DNA of 64,000 bases from Nymphaea colorata. Lineage: Eukaryota. Both the position numbers and the translations under genes were made by a program. The notes below the pieces were generated by a model. That model worked only from the letters and a program-made list of their open reading frames with translations. It had not been told where the DNA came from and made no database searches. Shown one piece after another: positions 54,301 through 64,000 of the stretch; within the stretch, counting starts at the first letter, position 1; each line of letters starts with the position of its first letter. Location: assembly GCF_008831285.2 (NCBI RefSeq), contig NC_045138.2, positions 17,112,001-17,176,000 on the forward strand, in the 5' to 3' direction.

Positions 54301-57300
54301 CGTCGACCTCTTCCTTCCTCCTTCAAAGATTATCCTGAGTTCCGTCGCAGAGAGAAAAGGAAGGTGGGGAGAGAGAGATGATCAGCAACTGCTCAACGAT
54401 CGATGCCCCCCTTCTTAATTTTGTGACCTGAACATTTAAAGGAAGGGAGAACCGCGTCCCGTGAACGATGACATTCTTTTTCCTCTTTCTCTCTGACGGC
54501 GCCGCCTATCATGAGGGGCAGGGTGGGCCAGTTCAAACTGGCTCGCTTTAGCCGAGCAGATTTCAAGTTTGTGAAGTCAAGGATTGGATTAGATTAGATA
54601 TATTCGGTATATTCTGCTTTTTCGAATTTGAAGGAAAATTTCACTTTAAACAAAAAGAAGTCATATTTAAATCTAAATATAAAATTTCATTTTATGATTC
54701 AAATCTAATTTTATATTTATATTTAAATCCAAATCTGAATTTTAAACCGGATTTTACTAATTTTTAAAATGTAATATCACTATATGCAAGATATTTGTTT
54801 AAAATTGAATATGCTCTGAATTTATATCCGAATTCAATCAAATATTTATGTATGTCTAATACGATTGGCTATTATTTATTAAATTTGAATCTGATTTGAT
54901 TTTTTAATTAGATATTAATTTTTTTTTATATCTTATTTTTTTGAATCGGTTCATCCAATATCAAATTTAAATCAGATGTATTGACATTCCTAACTTTATC
55001 TTTATCTGAGAACCTATAAGCTTGAGCTTAGCCGAGAGATGGGAATACATTCTTTTTCGAGATATGATGTAAGTGTTTGCACAAACCTAAAAGGAAGGAA
55101 AATTTAAAAATACAAAACAAAAAAGAAGAAGAGGAAAAATAAAAACGTGAAAAAGAAAATAGAGACTAAAGTCGAGCCGAGTCGAGTTTAATCGAGTCGA
55201 GTTCGTCTAACTCGAACTCGGCTCGTTAATATACTCGAGTTTACATTTAAGCTCGAGCTTGACTCATATAAAAACAAGTCGAGCTCGAGTCGAGTTTACT
55301 TGAGCGAGTTCGAGTCGGCTCGACTCGTTGTGTAGCCCTATATGAAAGCTCTAGCTGAGGATCTATAGCTTGACCTTAGAGAATATCAGTATATACTTGT
55401 CAAGATATGTTGGAGGAACTGTGGCTTAACTGCTGACTTGAATGATTAAAACCGAAGTCTACTTAAAAATATAAAAGTAAGCAATACTCAACATTATTTT
55501 ATTAAAACAAGTTGATTCACGCGGAGTCAGCAGGTAAGATTTTAAAATTGTTTGGTTCCATTTGCAAGTTACCTGAATATAAACAGATTTTAAGACGACA
55601 AAAGTTTTCCAACTAAATTCTCGATCTGATCTCGGATCTGTTTGGCCGGATATGGTAAAGGAATCTGGATCTGTGTTTCACAACAAAATTTGGATCTGGG
55701 TCTGACAAGTAACTGAAATCCAATGAAGGTTCACCCCAACTGCATAAAATGTCTAATGATCTTATGCTCGTCAGATCCGCTTCAGATTAAAACCCAAAAA
55801 AAAAAAAAAAAATTGAATACCTTCCCTCACACCCTATTTAGAAAACATGAAAGTGTTACTTATAAAATTTTGAAAATTTAGTTTAAAAATTATATGTTGG
55901 TCCTTGTTAAAATTTTAATATTTCTAATGCTTGCGACAAAAAATTCTCAACTCCGTCTCTGTTCACAATCACCTGAACCAAACGCTGAACAAGAAGCAAA
56001 GAAGACGGGGTAAGCATGTGAACGGTGGATCGAGGTGGGCTTGAGCAATTCAAACTTCGTTTGTGGGTGTAGACGTATTTTTGGAATTTTCAACTAATTC
56101 ATCTTCTAGAACCTTGGAATTCCTTTAATTTTGGAAGGAATGTGTATGTTTGTGGAAGTTATATAATCGGTTGAATCAACGTATTCAACTATGGTCACAA
56201 GGTTCATATTCACGTCGTTGAAATAATAATAAAAAAATAATATTTTACGAGATTATGCTTGATTTTTCCAAGGACACAACCAACCGAAAAAATCCGGTCA
56301 TGTTTGACTTGACATTTAGTCAAATGATTTTTTATGCCCCAAAACTTGGGTGCAAGGTACGCGTCTTTTCTGAATTTTTAAAAGAAAAAGTAAAAAGAAA
56401 AGAAAGTGTAATTGAATTGGATCTGTCATGGTTATTTGGGTGGTCTGGACCGGGGTTTGTGTAGGGCTCGGGTCCGGAATCTACTATCCTAGGAAGTATT
56501 AGATAATTTGGCATAATTAACGTGAAATTAAAACCAATTTTCTGTTTTTTTATTTACCTTGAAAATTCGGTGGTCTAGTTAATTACAATTTGAGTTTAGA
56601 TTTGACTGTGTTCGGTATTGTTTGAAAAAACTACTTGTAACTCTTCTGAAATTTGTGGAAAACGTGGAGCCCCTTGAAAATTAAGAAAATGTTGTCAAGT
56701 CTCTTATAATTTTTGAAAAATTAACATAACTAATTAAAGCTATGAGGGGGTTAGCGCAACAGTTTAGAATAAGACTGGTAGGCGGTCAGTCTCCATTTCA
56801 AACATGACTGGAAACACCCCAAAACTCAAAATTTACATGTTTTTATTTTTTTTGTAAATAAGATAAACAAAGCCTTGAAACATTAACTCTTCAACATTAA
56901 ACAAAAATCAAATTTTTTTTCGTCTCTCTGTTCCTTTCCTGTTTTGCTTATTATTTTTCCCAATATGATAGTGTTTATACATTTAAGTAGGTAACTTCAT
57001 GTTTCAAGCATGCCAATCTGGTTCACGATTAAATTACAGTTTTTTTAACACTTTTTTTTTTTAAATGTATCTGTAACACAATTTTTATTTTCAGGAGATA
57101 ATTTGTTCCTCTTTGTCTTTTTAAAATTTAATGAATCAGGTTATAAATGTGTGTGCGGCGACAACCGCGTGACCAATATGATAATATAACGTGTGAATGG
57201 AAATAGTCATTGGATTTCTTTTCCTGGTTTTCCCATCACAAGTTCTGGATTATACGGCTAGGTCCGGGTCAACTCAGCGTGTTCGGACTCCTAATTCTTA

Positions 57301-58569
57301 CGAGGACTTCAGCGTATCGGATTTTCACCAACCCCGATAGACTTTATCTGGATTTTACTTTATTAAGCAAATGACTCTGAACTTCTCCACGGACCATCAG
57401 AATAACATGGAGCAGACTTGATATATTAATAACGACTAAATTATGGATTCCTGGTGACACCAATTAAAAAAATGAGACATTTTACTGTATTCTTCGCCTT
57501 GAGACGGTCCAGTTACTAAATAAACAGACAATTTATCGCTTATACCGATTTCATCTTAGCTTGCAAAAGCATTGGAGAGGGAAGCAGTAGATAATTCTAA
57601 ATACGAGCATCACGAGAGGCTGATGTTGACAAATCCGGATATCCTACTCAAACTGTTAAAAAGAAAAACTGGATATGTAAAAAAAAAAAATCATTCAATT
57701 AAGGAATCGAATCAGATTCGGCCTTAAGAATGACATCGATTTGGGTTCTGATTTAGATAAATATCCAATCAGATTTAGGTTTGATTTTACATATATATCC
57801 TACATCAAATCTTTTCATTTTGAAGGTAGATTTGAGGTTCAGTTTAAAGTCGGATTTGGATTTGGGTGTGGATTTGAAAACCAGATCTGAATTGTAAATT
57901 CGAATTTGAACACTGATATGGTATTAGACTTTTCTTTATACACACTTGAATCCGAATATATGAACATTATGTTTCAAAAGGCATGGAGCATAGCAGACCG
58001 GGCTAAGGCTCTGTTGAAAGTAGACATCTAGTTTGATTTCCAAGGTGATATGCTCATGCGTTTTAAAGCAGTGGGGCACAACATCCAAGTTGAGGGGTGC
58101 ACCATGGCCGTCGCTGATGCTTACACTGATGCAGCTCATAGGACCCTAGAGGCAAGAGGAATGAAGGGCCTTTGCCCTTTTTTTTTAGGAGTAGGGATGA
58201 ACCTCTCAGTTATTCAAAATGTATGAACATTCTATAATCGAAATACGGCAAAGAATACATCTAATCCAAATCCAATCTATTGACATCAAAACGATAATAC
58301 TGTTCCAAGCAAGATTCGAAAGAAATTTTTTTCAACTATTCGACCCTCATATGGATCAATTGACTTACTCCAGCAAACATTTGAAACGTTTTTTAAGTGT
58401 ATATCAAAACCACAGGCCACTGGTCAAGCTCTTATACATGAACCAAATTTTGACAAAACTTACACAAAAGTGAACTTTTAGGCCATAATATAATATGTTC
58501 CGGCAGACTACCCACCACTTTGTTGGGTGTAGGAGTATTGCATGTCTCCACCCTTCATCTCATTCTCTC

Positions 58570-59043
58570 AAGTATCAGGTTTGCTTTTGGTGCTTTGGGA
58601 TGACGATCGCTTTTGCGATACTTCAACTTGTATATCATTGTCTTTTTTTTGCAACATTTGAAGTTTATACCCTGAAAATTCGAAATAGAAACAGCCTCTA
58701 TCAACTTTTTGCCCCAAAAATTGTGCCAATCCATTCGTCATGCTTACCAGGGGCTTCGTCGTCAAGAAAATAGCGCGTAAGGGAAACGGTCAAACACGTT
58801 GAGACTTTATAACCGAGAAATTTTAAGTACCAGGTTTGTTTTTGGTGTTTTGGGATACTGTGATACTTCAACTTGTATATCATTATCTTTGTTTTTGAAG
58901 TTTACATCCTGAACATTTGAAATAAAAATGGCCTCTATCAACTTTTTCCCCATCAATTGCGCCAACCCCCCTCGTGATGCTCACCAGAAACTTTGCCGTC
59001 AAAAAAATAGCGCGTATGGGGAACGGTCAAACACGTTGAGACT
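58570..59043. repeat. Direct tandem duplication (~220-240 bp x2)
   Basis: AAGTA(T/C)CAGGTTTG.TTTTGGTG.TTTGGGAT ... AACGGTCAAACACGTTGAGACT at 58570-58806 and 58825-59043. Confidence 0.85.
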
Positions 59044-60034
59044 CAGTAACGTGAAATGCAAATGTATGATACTACGCTTATGCGCCACTCTGCATAACAG
59101 GAAAACCAATCTGTCAATTGGTTTGTTGACGAAGACATTTTATTTTTTAGCACGAGGTGGTCGATCCGTCACCCGAGCACTGCAGATGGATCACTTTTGT
59201 CTGCAAACGCCTCTTCATCGCCATGAAAAGGTGCGCAACTTAGCATATAAGTTGGACTTAGCATTGGACTTTTAAAGTGCATTCCATATTTCATTAATGT
59301 TAATGAAATATGGGACCTAACATTTCATCTTTTCAATTTAAAGTCATTCATTAATGTTGATGTGAGAGCCCACTCATAGTTGTGACAAGCCGAGTTTGAG
59401 CAGAGCTGGACCAACTCAAGCTGGGTGGGATTGCCTAGAACTTGATCGGAGCTCGAGCTCGACCGAGCCTACATGGAAGACCTTATGATCTCAAATATGG
59501 TGGAGGAACCGTGGTTCTAAACTCCTTTAGCAAAAAATGACAACAAACTGAAAGATGAAAAAGATGCATTGCCTCATGGTGCATTACTTGTGCAAGCCAA
59601 ATAAATACTTAGTGCTAGTTCGACTAGTCAATGTGGAAGTATGTACGCTGTATTTTACCTCAAACAAAGGTACTTAGGCAAGTGTAAGTCTAACCCATTT
59701 GACAAATAGAATAGTTACAAACTGTTCAAAAATTAGGGCAGATTCATGAATCACTTTTTAAGGTATTTCATAAATCTGCCCAAACCTTTAGACCATACTT
59801 ATAAAACAGTTACATACTATTCCGTTTACTAAACGAACCCTAAGCTGAAGTAACTTGTGAAAAGGATCGCGGATGATTTGGAAGGGAATTAAGTTAGTTG
59901 ATTTTTTGTACAGAGTTGAATTACTGTATTATCTAGCTTTGTTGAGTATGTAGGTAATGTTGTGTTTGTCTTGGAAGACCAAATGGATGTAATAAAGACT
60001 TTGTAATGCTAAGAAGGTTGAACGTTCCCCCAGG

Positions 60035-60212
60035 CAGTAGCGAGATATTTGTTGGCTGTGGTGGGCCACTGCCCACACCAGCCCATCAAAAATCTCATTA
60101 TAATGTGTTAACTTCACATTGTTATGATTCTAAATTTATATGTAGTGCCCACACCAAAGTTGTGTCACCTACACAAATGCTTCACCGGTAAAAAATCTTG
60201 GCGCCGCCACTG
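60035..60212. mobile_element. hAT-type MITE
   Basis: CAGTAGCG ... CGCCACTG termini. The 8-bp flanks CCCCCAGG and CCCTCAGG match with one mismatch. Confidence 0.75.
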
Positions 60213-61013
60213 CCCTCAGGATGCAAGTGTTCATTACATTACTTGTCCATGTTTCGCTGGTATTTGGCATCAATAATGGGATTTTGAAAGTGGATATATT
60301 CAATGCGTCAGAATCAATACTCTATCTATGTGCTAGCCAGTTGACATGGTGCATTGGTTGACGATGAATATTTGCTATTGGAAATCATGGTTGCAAAACT
60401 ATTTGGAGAACATCCTTTAGTTTATTATACTTATCATAAGGTAGGATCTCAGTTGATGAACAATCCTCGATAGGATTATCTATTGCAAATAATTTCAAAA
60501 GACTGGAATTTTCAACAGAAAAACATATACCATATGCAGTCTAAGGCCTTGCTATTAGATTAATTTCTTGGTAAACAAAAATTCCGACCCAAACTACACA
60601 CTTGTTCACATCTAAAAGAAAAAGAAATTATACATAAAGATACGTAATATGTCTCAATCTCCTAATCTCCTGTAAGAGTAAATCATAATATGAACTTAGG
60701 AACAACCAGCTTATGTGGATAAAAAGACTTTATTGTTTAATAACACACCATTTCTTTCGATCCCACTCACCAATACGTGCTCTAGGCCGATAAGTGGATC
60801 TCTAGGCTCGAAACCAGCCAAGGATCCTGTTTATTCTTGCAACTAGAAGGATTAGTACATATAGTGAAGCAATTGCATTCTAAATGTTTGCCGAGAAAAC
60901 TAGCTGGATGGCAGATTTTCTGCGAATTACATGGCTAAGTGAGATTCTGAGAACTGATGTTATGAAGGCTCAAAGATTGCAGATTATCTGCAGCTCTCAG
61001 TTCAGTTACCAAC

Positions 61014-63902
61014 TCATGTGAATTCAGCCTTGGTAATGGCATTCAAGAGTTGAAGTTGGTTCTCTTTTCTGGATGGAAAATCAATCACATCTTTCCACAC
61101 CTCGCTTGCCTTACTGCAATGGTTTGCGTTACTGTACAAATCTTCCACTGATTTTGCATTCATGTTCAGCATCGACACCTTATTAAGCCAATCATAGTCT
61201 GAATCAACTGGCTGGATGGTTGCTCCCTCTTCCTTCTTTCCAATCAACTGAAACCATGCCATTGAAAACCTTGCATTAGAAAAAGTACAGAATGCACATA
61301 GATTAACAGATTTCTATATGAACAGTCTAATGAAGTATAATGAACGTCTTTTAAGCTTCCAATGATATCAAGTTATCGGAAGTTTCTTGGTCGTCAATTT
61401 CTTAATCTATCCTTGCTTGCCATCACTGTATTTTATTATCTGAATTTGGGTGCTGTCTTTGTATGTGATGTTGATGTCTTAGCTAGCATTCGAACAGTTA
61501 TGAAGGACATGGTTTCTTGTTTCTGGAAGCTTACCTTAGCAGGACCTCCCACAGCATTTGTGGAGAAGAGCATGGCTTCATCTACCAGCTTACAGTACTT
61601 AGGGAAGCCAGTGGCGAACATCTTGTGAGATCTCAGTTGGGAGCTTACCCTCACTGCTCTCCCCATGATAATGGCCCTCCTGAAACCAAAACTTTGATCA
61701 GAAAACCTATACAATATAATGCATATATGTAGACAGGGAGACATATACAAACGCATACATATATACATACACATTTCTGCACGGACCGTAACTTATGGAA
61801 ATGAATAACCTGGTTGTGTGGCATAATAATAATACATCTTCAATGCATTATATATATTTCATATACTATGTCTTATTCTCTTACCTTTTCCAGAGTTGAA
61901 AACAAAAGTAGGATCAGGATCGGATTCTGATTGTAAAGTTAAAAGCAGATTTTGATATCATATAAACTTTTTTGTTGTTCATATTTGAATCCTAATCTCA
62001 ATTCGAAAGTATGAAAATTCAATAATTGGTATACAATATCCAATTCGAATCGAATGCAACCTTTTCAACGTCCCTATCCATGCATGGAAGGAACATCAGA
62101 AACCATCTCCTCCTTCGAGAAGCGTTCTGTTTTATGTCCTTGGGAACACACATCAAACACCCTCGATGGATCTCAAGTAGTTGAAGTACCTGATCCCGCG
62201 GACGACCGCAAGGTGAGCATCACAAACAACACCCACAAGCTCAATCTTGTAGGGATGCCTTTCCTTCACTCCCTTCTCGCTTGGGACGTCGTCTTCTTCA
62301 GCTTCCTCCCAGTAACTCTCTGTCACAGAGCCATCATCTGCAACCTTGTACCCGACTCCCATCCTGTAGCGCTTCCGGTGGACGTTCCGAACCATCTCAA
62401 TCGTCTGCCGCACGAACGGCTCCCACGACAAGGTCCCGTCCATGATCACGTCCCGCCCTTCGTTCAGTGCGGTCACCAGCAGCGATGAAGCCGCATCGGT
62501 CGATGACTGGTGCACCTGATTTTACCAAATGCATCGAAGAATTCAAATCAGTATTCATGCACGGCAAAATTTCATCTCCTCTTCACATTTGATTCGCGTA
62601 CATCATATCTGTTTTGTTTCCCTTTTTCTTATTCTTTTATGCAGCAATACGTGGTCTTCTGTTCTGTTCTGTTTTCCTGCTCAGCATTTCTTCCTCTCTC
62701 TCTTTCTTTTTTTCCTTTTTTTTTTTTTAATTTTATTTTATGGCAGGTCAGCTTTTCTCACTTTTATTCGTCAAATTAAAACTCTCTTTTACTTGATATT
62801 CGGTATTTCCTTTTTCGATAATTAATAACATAATTTTTCATTGAGTAGGGAGGTCCTAAGTCTCTTTGCTTTAATGCCGATGCACTCATTAGATTAACTA
62901 TAATTTTACATTCATGAGGAGAGGCCCTCAATTTATTTGCTTTAATGTCGATGAACTCATTAAATTAACTATAAGGAATCAAATATCAATATATGAACTT
63001 TTGATTTTAATTTCTTAAAACATGCAATATAAATGTAATGGCAAGTTGTATTTATTGGATTAACTACAATAAATCAAAAAATGACTTAAATCTTAATTAT
63101 ATTGATACTTGTGATTTTAATCTCTTAAATCATTCAATATAAATGTAACAACAAGTTAAATCCAACCTAAATACATTGTGTTTGTGCGAAAGTTTCGACC
63201 AATTATGCTATAAGCCAGTTGACAAGGGAGAGAAAGGGGGAGAGAAATACCAACTCGGCCGTGTGGATAATATCATCGTGTCCTCTAGCACTAAGGGCTC
63301 GAAAAAGAACGTCTGTCTCCTTGAATGCATCCGCCTCAACCACCACTGCCTCCTTCGCCGCCTCTGCCCAATAACCCCTGCATTTCAGCCCACCCATTCA
63401 GTCCTATTAGCTCCTCATCAAGACCCACCCACCCACATGGGTCCGAGCCATCTGGAACCCACTTTGCCTAAATACCCACAAGAAAAGTAGAAGAGGACCG
63501 TAACGGTCCGGTTTAGGTCAAGTTCAGTTTGCCCGGCTCATACTTTCTCATGATCTTCTTCAGCACCGTGCTCTTGCCTGCACCCATGCCACCACCCATG
63601 AAAAGGAGGACCGGTCTCGGGTCTTTGGTCTTTGCGGTGACCGTCTCGACGGCACGTGGCAAGTCCCGCTTCGTTCTGATTGCATTGATCTCGTCAACCA
63701 ACGTCGAGAAAACCCTAGTCACCTTGAGGTTCTTGGTCACCTTGTCGATCCTTTGTTTCCTGTGGGCATCAACGGGCTCAGTGCAGGTCAAGTGAGTCTA
63801 AGTTGGTCCGCACCCGGTTAAGTTAGATTACAAAACTCACCTAGTAGCTGACATTACCATGCTTTTGAGCTTGCTCTTTTTCAGCTTACCGACGCTTAAA
63901 GC
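61014..63902 (-). CDS. NADKc: Second NADKc-like zeta-toxin-fold P-loop kinase (tandem paralog), 5'-partial (exons 1-2 beyond window end)
   Basis: Exons (minus): 63902-63841, 63759-63544, 63377-63251, 62515-62190, 61679-61535, 61247-61014. GT-AG junctions with the same intron phases as the first copy. Motifs GGGMGAGKST, VVVEADAFKETD and VHQSSTDAASSLLVTALNEGRDVIMDGTLSWEPFV. Confidence 0.9.
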
Positions 63903-64000
63903 CTTCATAAAAGAAGCAAACAAGCACAATAATGAGCTAACTTTAGAGAGAGAAAAGGCCAGTAAATTCATTGTTAACCTCGTTAATGAAGGACGATGCG

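Noticed and set aside
49105..63902. Zeta-toxin domain as a bacterial toxin-antitoxin system, recent HGT or contamination
   Set aside because: The genes have spliceosomal introns and match a widespread plant family (NADKc); there is no antitoxin or operon context.

Overview
Plant (angiosperm) nuclear genomic DNA, AT-rich and MITE-rich. The species cannot be fixed from sequence alone. Five protein-coding genes were reconstructed exon by exon with GT-AG junctions and frame checks: an intronless EAR-motif AP2/ERF repressor (-), 40S ribosomal protein S15 (-, 4 exons), histone H1 (+, 2 exons) and two tandem zeta-toxin-fold P-loop kinases of the Ca2+/calmodulin-dependent NAD kinase (NADKc) family (-; the second is cut off by the window end). 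The first 18 kb has no recognisable gene. It holds a 2.75-kb Harbinger-type element and a ~6-7 kb tandem duplication carrying three copies of a ~0.6-kb fold-back. The most unusual observation is that the same non-coding module (TATA box, short exon, intron) occurs at 5.8-6.7 kb and 45.5-46.2 kb. Each copy leads into a long inverted repeat of unrelated sequence, and the second (~1.3 kb) is built from an inverted copy of a VAL/HSI2-type B3 repressor gene fragment. This looks like a family of Pol II long-hairpin (siRNA/proto-miRNA) genes sharing a promoter cassette but carrying different cargo; expression is inferred, not shown. A candidate intronic C/D-box RNA lies in RPS15 intron 3.
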